A DNA stretch of 20,174 bases from Candidatus Hadarchaeales archaeon (GCA_038851565.1 JAWCKV010000016.1:1-20174), one strand, 5' to 3'; numbered from the stretch's first letter, positions 1 through 9,158 are shown. Numbers and translations: made by a program. The notes: generated by a model from the sequence alone, not told the origin.

Positions 1-2
1 TT

Positions 3-818
3 GACAGGATATATGATGCCGAAATCGCGAAAAAATTCGGCATAGACGCAGAGGGACAGGTGACAGTTATGGTTCACACGGGCTCGAGGGGACTAGGACA
101 TCAGGTTTGCTCAGACTACCTGAGGACAATGGAGCGCGCGATCCACCAGTACCGCATACAGCTGCCAGACAGGGAACTCGTCAACGTCCCGTTCAAATCG
201 CCGGAAGGGCAGTCCTACTTCTCTGCTATGAAGTGCGCGGCAAACTACGCGTGGGCGAACAGACAGATGATCTCGCACTGGGTGAGACAGAGCTTCGAGC
301 AGGTATTCGGCAGGGACGCGGAATCACTCGGCCTCCAGGTGATATACGACGTCGCACACAACATAGCAAAGCTCGAGGAGCACGAGGTGGACGGCGGAAG
401 GAGGAAGGTCGTGGTACACAGGAAGGGGGCCACCAGATCTTTTGGACCGGGACATCCGGACGTTCCACCGGTGTACCGGGATGTGGGTCAGCCTGTGCTG
501 CTTCCGGGAGACATGGGCACAGCGTCCTATCTCATGGCAGGCACAAAGCAGGCAGAGGCAGAAACCTTCGGATCGACCGCCCACGGCGCCGGACGCCACC
601 TCAGCAGGACGGCCGCCCTGAAGCAGTTCAGGGGTGAGGAGATAAGGAGAAAGCTGGAGGGGCAGGGGATAATCGTTCAGGCCGCAAAGTTCTCAGTGAT
701 CGCGGAGGAGGCACCTGGCGCGTATAAGGACATAGACAGGGTGGCCGACATCACGCACAGGGCAGGGATAGCAAGGCTGGTGGCAAGGCTCAGGCCAATA
801 GGGGTTGCGAAGGGTTAA
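3..818 (+). CDS. rtcB: RNA-splicing/repair ligase RtcB (5' truncated by window edge)
   Basis: Frame is open from base 3 (DRIYDAEIAKKFG...). It contains RtcB motifs VHTGSRGLGHQ, YDVAHNIAK, HRKGAT, PGDMG, STAHGAGR and EEAPGAYKDI. Confidence 0.97.
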   Translation, partial: DRIYDAEIAKKFGIDAEGQVTVMVHTGSRGLGHQVCSDYLRTMERAIHQYRIQLPDRELVNVPFKSPEGQSYFSAMKCAANYAWANRQMISHWVRQSFEQVFGRDAESLGLQVIYDVAHNIAKLEEHEVDGGRRKVVVHRKGATRSFGPGHPDVPPVYRDVGQPVLLPGDMGTASYLMAGTKQAEAETFGSTAHGAGRHLSRTAALKQFRGEEIRRKLEGQGIIVQAAKFSVIAEEAPGAYKDIDRVADITHRAGIARLVARLRPIGVAKG

Positions 819-823
819 GGAAG

Positions 824-1669
824 ATGATGTTTTCAACTTCAGTTCTCATTCCAGCATCAGTTGTTGCGGATTCCCCCGATCTCCTTCACAGGACCTTCAA
901 GGTCGGGCTCATAGGGCGGGCCCTCTCCATATTCAGGGTGAATCGAGTGTGCGTGTACCTCGACGACGACCCGCACCTGAAAAACCAGGAGAGGGAGTCC
1001 AGGCTCGTGGAGCTGCTGCTCAGGTACATGGAGACCCCGCAGTACCTCAGGAGGATCATCTTTCCCAAGAGAGGCGAGCTGAGGTATGCCGGCATGCTCC
1101 CCCCGCTCAGGACTCCGCACCATCCCTCACAGGGAGAGAAGAACTCCCCTGGCTCATTCAGGGATGGCGTCGTCATAAGCTCCGCTGACAGGACCAGCAT
1201 TTTGGAGATGGGGCTCCCCAGAAGAGGCGTGCTCAGGAGGTCCGCGAGGCCAGGGCAGCGCATCACTGTGAGGCTCGGGGAGGCTGCCGGGGGAGGAATG
1301 ATCGAGGTTTTTCCGGCTGAAAAGGAGGAAACAGGAGAATACTGGGGATACGAGGTGCTCAGGGCGAAAGGTCTGAAGGAGGGCCTGGAGCTTCTGGGCG
1401 ACGGATACAGGGTTGGAACATCAAGGTACGGAGGAAATTTATATGAGTGGATCAGGGGTATAAAGAAGGAAGCACTGAGGAGCGTGGCGATTGCCTTCGG
1501 GGGCCCATACTCCGGCCTGCGGGAGATATGCAGGAGGCAGGGGCTGAGGCTCTCTGAGGAGTTCGACGCGGTTGTGAACACGGTTCCCGGACAGGGTGTT
1601 CAGACCGTGAGAACCGAAGAGGCTTTAATCGTCACGCTTGCTATAGTAAATACGCTTACAGGTGGCTGA
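824..1669 (+). CDS. Putative RNA methyltransferase, SPOUT class (COG2106/DUF171, MTH1/C9orf114-like)
   Basis: Motifs GRALSIFRV, LLRYMETPQYLR, LRYAGMLPPLRTPHH, YWGY, AFGGP and NTVPGQGVQTVRTEEA. This family typically sits just upstream of archaeal rpl3. Confidence 0.92.
   Translation: MMFSTSVLIPASVVADSPDLLHRTFKVGLIGRALSIFRVNRVCVYLDDDPHLKNQERESRLVELLLRYMETPQYLRRIIFPKRGELRYAGMLPPLRTPHHPSQGEKNSPGSFRDGVVISSADRTSILEMGLPRRGVLRRSARPGQRITVRLGEAAGGGMIEVFPAEKEETGEYWGYEVLRAKGLKEGLELLGDGYRVGTSRYGGNLYEWIRGIKKEALRSVAIAFGGPYSGLREICRRQGLRLSEEFDAVVNTVPGQGVQTVRTEEALIVTLAIVNTLTGG
1614..1630 (+). promoter_or_regulatory. Candidate BRE/TATA promoter for rpl3 inside the 3' end of the SPOUT gene
   Basis: CCGAAGAGGCTTTAATC resembles an archaeal BRE plus TTTAAT box, about 45 nt before the rpl3 ATG (1671). 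The surrounding sequence is AT-richer than the rest of the gene. Confidence 0.35.
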
Positions 1670-1670
1670 G

Positions 1671-2681
1671 ATGGGAAGACGTGCACACAGGCCGAGGAGA
1701 GGTTCCCTAGCATACATGCCCAGGGTGCGGGCACCAGGACCTGTGGCCAGGGTGAGGTCCTGGCCAGAGGACGGTAGGCTCGGCCTCCAGGGGATAGCAG
1801 GATACAAGGCCGGGATGCTCCAGCTCTTCACGATAGACGACAAGAAGGGAAGCCTGACTTATGGACAGGAAATCTGCGTGCCGGCCACCGTCATCGAGAT
1901 ACCTCCTCTCACCATATGCGCCGTAAGGCTCTACGGAAAAGAGACTGGGAGGATGAGTTGCAAAACTGAAGTTTGGTCCAAGGACCTGCCTCCGGAGATC
2001 TCAAGAAAAATAAAGGTCCCAAAGAAAGCCGACCCTCAAAAGGCGCTGGAAAGGGCAGAGGCCCTTGTGAACTCAGGTAAGATTGAGGAGGTGAGGGTAC
2101 TTGCCTGTGTGTGCCCGGCGCTCACCAATGTGCCAAAGAAGAAGCCAGACCTTGCCGAGATAAGGGTCGGCGGAAGCTCGGTTGCCGAGAGATGGAACTA
2201 TGCCAGGGGTATTCTGGGCAAGCAGGTGAGGGCCTCAGACGTTTTCAAGGAGGGGGAGTATGCGGACGTGCTGGCTATAACGAAGGGAAAGGGGTTCCAG
2301 GGCCCAGTAAAGCGCTGGGGGGTGAAAATCCTTCCCAGAAAGAGCGAGGGGGGAAGGAGGCAGGTCGGGACGCTCGGTCCATGGTCGCCTCCGAGGATAA
2401 TGTGGTCGGTGCCCGCAGCAGGGCAGACCGGCTACCACCAGAGGACCGAGTTCAACAAGAGAATACTCAAAATAGGCACCGAGGGAAAGGAGATAACTCC
2501 AAGAGGAGGATTTTTGAGGTACGGGCCGGTAAAGGGGGACTATGTTGTGGTCAGCGGTTCGGTTCCAGGTCCGACGAAGAGGCTCATCCAGCTCAGGAGA
2601 CCGGTCAGGCTTCCGCCCACGGCGCCCACCGGTCAGCCGTCGATAACATACATAGACCTATCGTCGCACCAGGGGATTTAG
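1671..2681 (+). CDS. rpl3: 50S ribosomal protein L3 (uL3)
   Basis: HRPRRGSL, GYKAGM and AITKGKGFQGPVKRWG motifs. ATG 1671 chosen over GTG 1662 because it follows the SD-like GGTGG. Confidence 0.98.
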   Translation: MGRRAHRPRRGSLAYMPRVRAPGPVARVRSWPEDGRLGLQGIAGYKAGMLQLFTIDDKKGSLTYGQEICVPATVIEIPPLTICAVRLYGKETGRMSCKTEVWSKDLPPEISRKIKVPKKADPQKALERAEALVNSGKIEEVRVLACVCPALTNVPKKKPDLAEIRVGGSSVAERWNYARGILGKQVRASDVFKEGEYADVLAITKGKGFQGPVKRWGVKILPRKSEGGRRQVGTLGPWSPPRIMWSVPAAGQTGYHQRTEFNKRILKIGTEGKEITPRGGFLRYGPVKGDYVVVSGSVPGPTKRLIQLRRPVRLPPTAPTGQPSITYIDLSSHQGI

Positions 2682-2682
2682 G

Positions 2683-3462
2683 ATGAAAGTAGCTGTGTTT
2701 TCGCTTGACGGTAAGCCTGTGGACGAGGTTGAGCTTCCCCCTGCGTTTGAGGCCGAGGTAAGGAAGGATCTGATAGCGAGGGCGGTCATCGCGGCCCAAA
2801 CCGCGCGCCTTCAGCCCTGGGGAGCAGACGAAATGGCTGGAAAGAGGACAAGCGCGGAGACATGGGGCAAGGGCTTTGGCGTGGCAAGGGTGAGGAGGGT
2901 CAAGGGCACGAGATATCCGGCTGCTGGCAGTGGTGCCTTCGCTCCGCATACAGTTGGCGGCAGAAGGGCGCACCCTCCCAAGGTCGAGAAGGTCCTGAAA
3001 GAGAGGATAAACAGGAAGGAGAGAAGGCTCGCGATAAGGTCGGCTGTGGCGGCGACTGGAAATCTAAGGCTGGTAAAGTCACGCGGGCATGCCGTGGATG
3101 GCGTGCCGCATCTTCCCCTCGTCGTTACGGATGATCTCGAGTTGCTGAACAAAACGGAATCCGTGAAGGAGGCAATGATGAAGCTGGGGGTGTGGGAGGA
3201 TGTTGAAAAGGCATCGAGGGGCGTGAAGATCAAGGCCGGGCGCGGAAAGATGAGGGGGAGGAGGTACAGGAAAAGGGTCGGGCCGCTCATAGTGATATCT
3301 CAGGACAGAGGAATTTCAAAGGGGGCAGGAAACCTGCCGGGCGTCGATGTTGCCAACGTTAGGAGGCTCAATGCGGAGCTGCTCGCTCCCGGCGGCCAGC
3401 CAGGACGCCTCACTGTCTGGACAAAAGGCGCTGTTGAGAAGCTTGGAGGGGTCTTCGGATGA
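2683..3462 (+). CDS. rpl4: 50S ribosomal protein L4 (uL4)
   Basis: AGKRTSAETWGKG, GGRRAHPPK and LLAPGGQPGRLTVWT motifs; follows rpl3. Confidence 0.98.
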   Translation: MKVAVFSLDGKPVDEVELPPAFEAEVRKDLIARAVIAAQTARLQPWGADEMAGKRTSAETWGKGFGVARVRRVKGTRYPAAGSGAFAPHTVGGRRAHPPKVEKVLKERINRKERRLAIRSAVAATGNLRLVKSRGHAVDGVPHLPLVVTDDLELLNKTESVKEAMMKLGVWEDVEKASRGVKIKAGRGKMRGRRYRKRVGPLIVISQDRGISKGAGNLPGVDVANVRRLNAELLAPGGQPGRLTVWTKGAVEKLGGVFG

Positions 3463-3722
3463 AGGATCCGCACAGGGTAATTCTCTATCCATTGGCCACA
3501 GAGAAAGTTGTCAAGATGATAGAATCCGAGAACGCAATAGCCTTTGTCGTTTCAGAGGACTCGAACAAAAACGACATCAAACAGGCAGTGGAGGTCCTTT
3601 TCAACGTAAAGGTGAAAAATGTGAGGGTGGAGGTCATGCCGGATGGAAAGAAAAGGGCATATGTGAGGCTCGCGCCGGGTTACATGGCCGACGAGATAGC
3701 GGCAAAGCTGGGGCTGGTGTGA
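3459..3722 (+). CDS. rpl23: 50S ribosomal protein L23 (uL23)
   Basis: ILYPLATEK, IKQAVEVLFNVKV and GKKRAYVRL motifs; ATGA overlap with rpl4. Confidence 0.97.
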   Translation: MKDPHRVILYPLATEKVVKMIESENAIAFVVSEDSNKNDIKQAVEVLFNVKVKNVRVEVMPDGKKRAYVRLAPGYMADEIAAKLGLV

Positions 3723-4426
3723 TGGGAAAGATAACAAGGGCTCGGAGGATCGGAAAGGGCGCCCCAACCTATCGGGCAAAGTCATGGAGGAGGGCAGGGG
3801 AGGTGAAGCTGCCGCCCCTCAGGGAGGGGGAGGCAATGGTGGTGGACGTCGTGCACGATCCTGGAAGGAGCGCCCCGGTGGCGCTCATCAGGTATGTCGA
3901 TGGAGAGGAGAGGCTTGTGCTCGCCCCAGACGGGATAAAGGTGGGCGACAGGATAATGGCCTCCGTATCAGCTCCAATAAAGCCAGGGAACACCCTTTCT
4001 CTGGCGGAAATTCCGGAGGGCACGCCGATACACAACATAGAGTCCCGGCCGGGCAGGGGAGGGCAGTTTGCCAGGGCCTCGGGAACATACGCCACCCTCG
4101 TGGCGCACGATGTCGGAAGGGCAACCGTGCAGCTGCCCTCAGGGGAGCTAAGGGATCTAGACCCGAGGTGCAGGGCAACGATAGGGGTGGTAGCCGGAGG
4201 CGGAAGGATCGAAAGGCCGTTCGTGAAGGCAGGGAAAAGATTTCACCACATGCTCGGCAGGGGAAAGCCCTATCCTGAAGTTCGGGGCGTTGCAATGAAC
4301 GTTGTTGATCACCCCTTCGGGGGAGGCAGAGGAAAGCACGCCGGGAGACCGAAGACGGTCGCAAGAGGTGCTCCCCCGGGACAGAAGGTTGGATTAATAG
4401 CGGCAAGGAGAACAGGTGAGAGGTGA
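3722..4426 (+). CDS. rpl2: 50S ribosomal protein L2 (uL2)
   Basis: [13 protein letters not shown] start overlaps the rpl23 stop (TGATG). Motifs [10 protein letters not shown] and [16 protein letters not shown]. The ORF-track extension back to 3347 is spurious. Confidence 0.98.
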   Translation: MGKITRARRIGKGAPTYRAKSWRRAGEVKLPPLREGEAMVVDVVHDPGRSAPVALIRYVDGEERLVLAPDGIKVGDRIMASVSAPIKPGNTLSLAEIPEGTPIHNIESRPGRGGQFARASGTYATLVAHDVGRATVQLPSGELRDLDPRCRATIGVVAGGGRIERPFVKAGKRFHHMLGRGKPYPEVRGVAMNVVDHPFGGGRGKHAGRPKTVARGAPPGQKVGLIAARRTGER

Positions 4427-4430
4427 GCTC

Positions 4431-4826
4431 ATGCCAAAGAAGTTCACATACCGCGGATACACGCTTGAGGAGCTCCAACAGATGCCCCTGGAGGACTTTG
4501 CAAAGCTCCTCCCGTCGCGCCAGAGGAAGTGCCTGGTGAGAGGGCTCACCCCAAGGCAGAAGAAGCTCATGGAACACGTGAAGGATGCCCTCGAGGGAAA
4601 GAGGGACCGTCCGATAAGGACGCACTGCAGGGATATGGTGATCCTGCCGAAGATGGTCGGGCTGAAGTTCTCGGTTCACAACGGGAAGGAGTTCGTGACT
4701 TTTGAGGTGACGCCTGAGATGATAGGCCACAGGCTGGGTGAATTCTCGCAGACGAGGAAGAAGGTCGTCCACGGGACCCCGGGAATAGGGGCCACCAGGA
4801 GCTCAATGTATATACCGCTGAAGTGA
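4431..4826 (+). CDS. rps19: 30S ribosomal protein S19 (uS19)
   Basis: [24 protein letters not shown] and [10 protein letters not shown] motifs; SD GAGGTGA before ATG 4431. Confidence 0.97.
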   Translation: MPKKFTYRGYTLEELQQMPLEDFAKLLPSRQRKCLVRGLTPRQKKLMEHVKDALEGKRDRPIRTHCRDMVILPKMVGLKFSVHNGKEFVTFEVTPEMIGHRLGEFSQTRKKVVHGTPGIGATRSSMYIPLK

Positions 4827-4831
4827 TCGCC

Positions 4832-5281
4832 ATGCCGAGGTTCGGTTACTCCGCCAGGATAGACGAGCCGTGCGCGAAGGCGTTCGGGAAGGAGATGAGG
4901 ATATCGCCCAAGGACGCGGTGGAGGTATGCAGGTCAATAAAGGGGATGAAGCTGACCGAGGCGAAAAAGTTCCTCTCGGAGGTTATTGAGAGGAGGAGGC
5001 CAGTCAGGTTCACCCTCCACAGGAAAAAGGTTCCGCACAGAAAGGGGGTCGGCAGCGGGGCCTATCCGGTCAAGGCGGCGGAGGAGATACTGAAGCTCCT
5101 CGAGAATGCCGAAGCAAACGCCGTATACAGGGGACTTGACCCTGAGAAGCTGAAGGTCGTGCACGCCAGCGCGTACAAGGGGATAACGATCCCGGGGATA
5201 CTCCCCAGGGCGTTCGGAAGGGCTAGTCGTTATGACAAGCCGCTGACCAACGCGGAGCTCGTGCTCAAGGAGGAGACCTGA
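4832..5281 (+). CDS. rpl22: 50S ribosomal protein L22 (uL22)
   Basis: ISPKDAVEVCRSIKGM, YPVKAA, NAEANA and PRAFGRA motifs. Confidence 0.97.
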   Translation: MPRFGYSARIDEPCAKAFGKEMRISPKDAVEVCRSIKGMKLTEAKKFLSEVIERRRPVRFTLHRKKVPHRKGVGSGAYPVKAAEEILKLLENAEANAVYRGLDPEKLKVVHASAYKGITIPGILPRAFGRASRYDKPLTNAELVLKEET

Positions 5282-5919
5282 TGCCCATCGAGAGAACCTT
5301 CATAAAGAGGGGGGCCAAGCGGGTCCAACTCGAGAACTTTCTGGCGAAGGAACTGGAAAAGGCGGGATACGGGGGCGCTGAGATAAAGAGGGTTCCAACG
5401 GGTACTCAGGTGACCCTCTACGTCGAAAGGCCAGGCATGGTCATAGGAAGGAAGGGAAAGAGCATCAAGCAGCTCACGGAGGAGCTGGAGAAGAACTATG
5501 GCCTTGAAAACCCCCAGATAGAGGTGGCTGAGATACAGAAGCCAGAGCTGTATGGCCCGATAATGGCAAAGAGGATCGCCTTTGCCCTCGAGAGGGGCAT
5601 AAGCGTGAGAAGGGTCGGACACGCGATGCTCAGGAGGATAATGGAGGCTGGGGCTAGGGGAGTTGAGATAGTGATCTCCGGAAAGATAGCTGGGGAGAGG
5701 AAGAGGAGGGAGAGGTTCTATCAGGGCTACCTGAGCAAGGCCGGGGAGCCCGCGGAGAGGCTCGTGAGCGTCGGCTACGCCGCAGCCAACCTGAAGCCGG
5801 GTACGGTAGGCATCAAGGTCAGGATAATGCCTCCAGATGCAAGGCTCCCGGACGAGATAACAATACCAGAAGCCGCCGAGGGCAAGAGGGAGGGAGAAGG
5901 TGCCGAGGCTCAGGGTTGA
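5281..5919 (+). CDS. rps3: 30S ribosomal protein S3 (uS3)
   Basis: KH motif RPGMVIGRKG, plus GARGVEIVISGK and GTVGIKVRIMPP. Confidence 0.98.
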   Translation: MPIERTFIKRGAKRVQLENFLAKELEKAGYGGAEIKRVPTGTQVTLYVERPGMVIGRKGKSIKQLTEELEKNYGLENPQIEVAEIQKPELYGPIMAKRIAFALERGISVRRVGHAMLRRIMEAGARGVEIVISGKIAGERKRRERFYQGYLSKAGEPAERLVSVGYAAANLKPGTVGIKVRIMPPDARLPDEITIPEAAEGKREGEGAEAQG

Positions 5920-6106
5920 TGAGATCCGCGCGATGAGCGTTGAGGAGCTGACAGAAAAGCTCAGGGAGCTCAGGGCAGAACTCGCGAGGGCAAGGGCCAC
6001 GGCTGCCGCTGGAGGCAGCCTGGAGAACCCATCCCAGATCAGACAGCTGAGGAGGACTATAGCGAGAATAATCACCGTAATAAAGGAGAAAAAAGGAGGT
6101 GGATGA
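5900..6106 (+). CDS. rpl29: 50S ribosomal protein L29 (uL29)
   Basis: [10 protein letters not shown]...LRELRAEL...[22 protein letters not shown] start overlapping the end of rps3. Confidence 0.96.
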   Translation: MPRLRVDEIRAMSVEELTEKLRELRAELARARATAAAGGSLENPSQIRQLRRTIARIITVIKEKKGGG

Positions 6107-6416
6107 GTCGCAGGAAATATGCAGTGTATGTGGCCTGCCCAGGGAACTCTGCGTCTGCCATGAAATATCAAGGGAACAGCAGAGGATAAGCGTCTATGTG
6201 GTCAAGCGAAAGTTCGGAAAGGTCATGACGATAATAGAGGGTTTGGACGAGAAGCAGATCGACCTCAAGGAGTTGACTAAAAACCTGAAGTCCAGGCTCG
6301 CCTGCGGTGGCACTTCCAAGGAAAACCACATAGAGCTGCAGGGCGACCACAAGCTCCGGGTGAAGGAGGTCCTCACGGAGATGGGCTTTTCCCCGGACAT
6401 GATAGAGGTAAGATAG
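6099..6416 (+). CDS. sui1: Translation initiation factor aIF1 (SUI1 homologue)
   Basis: [37 protein letters not shown] and IELQGDH motifs. The only in-frame start before the conserved N-terminus is GTG 6099. Confidence 0.95.
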   Translation: MDESQEICSVCGLPRELCVCHEISREQQRISVYVVKRKFGKVMTIIEGLDEKQIDLKELTKNLKSRLACGGTSKENHIELQGDHKLRVKEVLTEMGFSPDMIEVR

Positions 6417-6425
6417 GGAACCGGA

Positions 6426-6689
6426 TTGACCGCGAAAAAAGAGAGCAGGCTGTGGATCATTGGATTGCAGGCCGAGGTCCTGGAGTCCGCTGATCCTGAC
6501 CTGGTGGGACTCTCCGGAGTGATTGTGGACGAGACCAGAAACATGGTGCTGATGGAACATAACGGGAAAATTAAAAAGGTTCCAAAACATATTTCCACTC
6601 TACTCATAACGCTCCAGAACGGTGAAAGGATTAAGATAAATGGGAAAAAATTGATAGGAAGGCCGGATGAAAGGGTCGGAAAAGGGTGA
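6426..6689 (+). CDS. rnp1: Ribonuclease P protein component 1 (Rpp29/Pop4)
   Basis: IIGLQAEV...DLVGLSGVIVDETRNM...KKVPK...INGKKLIGRPDER; canonical position between sui1 and rps17; TTG start. Confidence 0.93.
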   Translation: MTAKKESRLWIIGLQAEVLESADPDLVGLSGVIVDETRNMVLMEHNGKIKKVPKHISTLLITLQNGERIKINGKKLIGRPDERVGKG

Positions 6690-6693
6690 TGAT

Positions 6694-6990
6694 GTGGAGA
6701 AAGGCGTGAAGTGCGACGATGAGCGGTGCCCGGTTCACGGAAGGCTATCGACCAGGGGAAGAGCGCTTGAGGGGGTGGTGGTCAGCGACAGGATGGGCAA
6801 GACTGTGACGGTCCAGCTGGAGCGCATGCACTACGTGCCGAAGTATGAGAGGTATGAGAGGAGAACCTCCAAGATACACGCACACAATCCTCCGTGCATT
6901 TCCGCAAAGATCGGTGACAGGGTAAAGATAATGGAGTGCCGGAAGCTGAGCAGGACGAAATCGTTTGTCGTTACAGAAAAACTCGGGTGA
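6694..6990 (+). CDS. rps17: 30S ribosomal protein S17 (uS17)
   Basis: [32 protein letters not shown] and [13 protein letters not shown] motifs. GTG 6694 after SD GGTGAT is preferred; ATG 6667 is an alternative. Confidence 0.96.
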   Translation: MEKGVKCDDERCPVHGRLSTRGRALEGVVVSDRMGKTVTVQLERMHYVPKYERYERRTSKIHAHNPPCISAKIGDRVKIMECRKLSRTKSFVVTEKLG

Positions 6991-6994
6991 TGAC

Positions 6995-7420
6995 ATGGGG
7001 AAGAAGGGCGCTGGAACTGCCATAGGAATCTCTGCAGTGACTCCGACCAAAACACTCCCGATCGGTGCGAGGCTTGAATGCGCTGACAACACAGGTGCCA
7101 AGGAACTCCAGATAGTCACGGTGATGCGATACAGGGGGATCCGGCGCAGGATGGGCAGGGCGGGCGTTGGGGACAGGATCGTCGCCTCCGTGAAAAAGGG
7201 AACCCCCGAGCTCAGAAAACAGCTGGTCCAGGCTGTCATAATACGGCAGAGAAAGGAGTACAGGAGAACTGACGGGATGAGAATAAAGTTCGAGGACAAC
7301 GCCGCTGTGATAATAACCCCGGAGGCTGCGCCCAAGGGTTCCGAGATAAAGGGTCCGATGGCCAGGGAGGCTGCCGAGAGATGGCCCAAGGTGGCGGGGA
7401 TAGCTTCCATAGTGGTGTGA
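6995..7420 (+). CDS. rpl14: 50S ribosomal protein L14 (uL14)
   Basis: [32 protein letters not shown] and FEDNAAVI motifs; SD GGGTGA before ATG 6995. Confidence 0.98.
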   Translation: MGKKGAGTAIGISAVTPTKTLPIGARLECADNTGAKELQIVTVMRYRGIRRRMGRAGVGDRIVASVKKGTPELRKQLVQAVIIRQRKEYRRTDGMRIKFEDNAAVIITPEAAPKGSEIKGPMAREAAERWPKVAGIASIVV

Positions 7421-7422
7421 TC

Positions 7423-7785
7423 ATGACCAGCGCAAAGCCGAGAAAACAGAGAGGGGCAGTATACTCATCACCGCTCCACAGGAGGGGGAAGCGCCTTTCA
7501 GCACAGCTGAGCCCCGAACTCAGAAAGAAATACGGAGTCCGCTCGATGAGAGCCAGAAAGGGAGATCGCGTGATGGTCAGGAAGGGGGACTTTAAAAAAA
7601 TGGAGGGCAATGTCCTTGAGGTCGACGCAAAAAGGGGCATTATACAGGTAGAGGGAGTGGTAGTAACAAAGGCGGATGGAACCCAAGTGCCCAGGATGCT
7701 GAGGCCATCGAATGTGATGATAGTTAAGCTGGCTGAGGACCGCGAGAGGGAGAAAATACTGAAGAGGAGGTCAAAGCTTGGCTAA
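7423..7785 (+). CDS. rpl24: 50S ribosomal protein L24 (uL24)
   Basis: SAKPRKQR, SAQLSPELRKKYG, KOW motif RKGDRVMVRKGDFK, and PSNVMIVKL. Confidence 0.97.
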   Translation: MTSAKPRKQRGAVYSSPLHRRGKRLSAQLSPELRKKYGVRSMRARKGDRVMVRKGDFKKMEGNVLEVDAKRGIIQVEGVVVTKADGTQVPRMLRPSNVMIVKLAEDREREKILKRRSKLG

Positions 7786-8509
7786 AAAGGGTGGAAGAAG
7801 GGCAATGAAAAGGTATGCCGCACCCAGAAGCCTGAGGGTTGAGAGAAAGGTCCACGTGTGGACGACCAGACCGGTGCCGGGGCCGCACACCAAGGATGGG
7901 TCCGTGCCGCTGAGGTCCCTGGTTCGAAACCAGCTTCGCCTTGGGCTGACCGCCAGGGAGGCGGACTTCATTATCAGCGGAGGAAAGGTGATGGTCGACG
8001 GAGTTCAAAGAAAAGATCCAAAATTCCCAGTGGGGCTTATGGATGTGGTCCAGATGCCATCTGCGGGTCTGAACTTCCGCGTTCTGATCAACAGACTGGG
8101 GCGCCTGGTTCTCTCAGGCGTCGATCCATCGGAAACCAAATTCAAGCTGTGCAAAGTTGTGGGGAAAAAAACCATCTGTGGCGGGAAAACACAGCTGATT
8201 TTCCACGACGGAAGGACCCTGACAGGGGACCTCGGTGAGATAAGGCCGATGGACGTGGTGAAGGTAGAGCTCCCCAAGCCCAGGGTGCTGGACCGAATTC
8301 CGTTCCAAGCCGGCTCGGTCGCCCTTATCACGGGGGGGGCCAACGTGGGGATGGTAGGAAAAATATCCGAAATAAGGGAGATAACGGGATCGCAGCCAAA
8401 CATAGTCACCCTCAGCTCGGGCGACAGGAGCTTTCAGGCACCGGAAAAATACGTATTCGTCGTCGGCACGGAGAAACCCATCATAAAGATGTTGGAGGAG
8501 AATGAATGA
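7778..8509 (+). CDS. rps4e: 30S ribosomal protein S4e (eS4)
   Basis: MKRYAAP, PGPH, VDGVQRKDPKFPVGLMDVV, HDGRT and ITGGANVGMVGKI motifs; TTG start after SD GGAGGT. Confidence 0.97.
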   Translation: MAKKGGRRAMKRYAAPRSLRVERKVHVWTTRPVPGPHTKDGSVPLRSLVRNQLRLGLTAREADFIISGGKVMVDGVQRKDPKFPVGLMDVVQMPSAGLNFRVLINRLGRLVLSGVDPSETKFKLCKVVGKKTICGGKTQLIFHDGRTLTGDLGEIRPMDVVKVELPKPRVLDRIPFQAGSVALITGGANVGMVGKISEIREITGSQPNIVTLSSGDRSFQAPEKYVFVVGTEKPIIKMLEENE

Positions 8510-9012
8510 ACTCCATGCGCGAGCTGAAGCTGGAGAAGGTGGTGCTGAACATCGGCATTGGGGAGGGAGGCGACAGGCTGGCGAAGGCAGAGAAGGTTAT
8601 GGAGAGGCTCACCGGAATGACTCCCGCCAGGACATTCGCCAGAAAGACTATACGTGAGTGGGGAATAAAGGAGGGGAGCCCAATAGGCTGCATGGTCACG
8701 CTCAGGGGGGAAAAGGCCTGGGAGATGCTCGGGAGGCTGCTTGAGGCGGTCGAGAGAAAAGTCAGGAGGGAATCCTTCGATAACGAGGGCAACTTCTCCT
8801 TTGGCATAAAGGAGCACATAGATATACCGGGGGTTTCATACGATCCCGACCTTGGGATTTTTGGCATGGATGTGTGCGTCAAGATAGGGAGGGCCGGGGA
8901 CAGGATAAAGCACAGGTCTAGGATGTCGAGGAAGCTGCCGAGAAAGCAAAGGGTTGCGGCCGAGGAAGCGATAAATTTCATGACAGAAAAGTTCGGAGTG
9001 CAGGTGGTGTGA
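8506..9012 (+). CDS. rpl5: 50S ribosomal protein L5 (uL5)
   Basis: [34 protein letters not shown] and [11 protein letters not shown] motifs. Confidence 0.98.
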   Translation: MNSMRELKLEKVVLNIGIGEGGDRLAKAEKVMERLTGMTPARTFARKTIREWGIKEGSPIGCMVTLRGEKAWEMLGRLLEAVERKVRRESFDNEGNFSFGIKEHIDIPGVSYDPDLGIFGMDVCVKIGRAGDRIKHRSRMSRKLPRKQRVAAEEAINFMTEKFGVQVV

Positions 9013-9158
9013 TGGCCAAGGCGAAGTTTGGGAAGGGAGCACACGTGTGCTCTAACTGCGGGAGACACGGCCACGTCTACCGCAGGCACGGCCTCAACCT
9101 CTGCAGAAAGTGCTTCCGGGAACTTGCCCCGAAGATGGGCTTCAAGAAGTACAGCTAG
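9012..9158 (+). CDS. rps14: 30S ribosomal protein S14 (uS14), zinc-finger type; absent from the ORF track
   Basis: Translated by hand as [48 protein letters not shown] (48 aa) with CxxC...CxxC. TGATG overlap with rpl5. Confidence 0.97.
   Translation: MAKAKFGKGAHVCSNCGRHGHVYRRHGLNLCRKCFRELAPKMGFKKYS

Noticed and set aside
3..818. Intein in RtcB
   Set aside because: Motifs in the visible part are contiguous with no insertion. The 5' part lies outside the window and cannot be judged.
805..1188. Alternative-frame + strand ORFs (107-637, 805-1188, 2111-2686, 3784-4278)
   Set aside because: They are nested out of frame in well-supported genes and are R/G-rich with no family signal.
3347..3721. 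125-aa N-terminal extension on L2 in the ORF track
   Set aside because: It overlaps rpl4 and rpl23 in other frames. L2 similarity starts at ATG 3722, which is coupled to the rpl23 stop.
3888..4772. 294-aa minus-strand ORF, and other long antisense ORFs (5230-6171, 6745-7410, 10001-10810, 13573-14340, 14685-15509, 15296-15976)
   Set aside because: They are shadows of conserved + strand genes in GC-rich DNA, with S/L/P-rich composition and no recognisable motifs.
6684..6995. C-box-like GTGATGA motifs suggesting C/D sRNAs or K-turns
   Set aside because: They coincide with GGTGA Shine-Dalgarno sequences and stop codons at gene junctions, and no matching D boxes or free space were seen.
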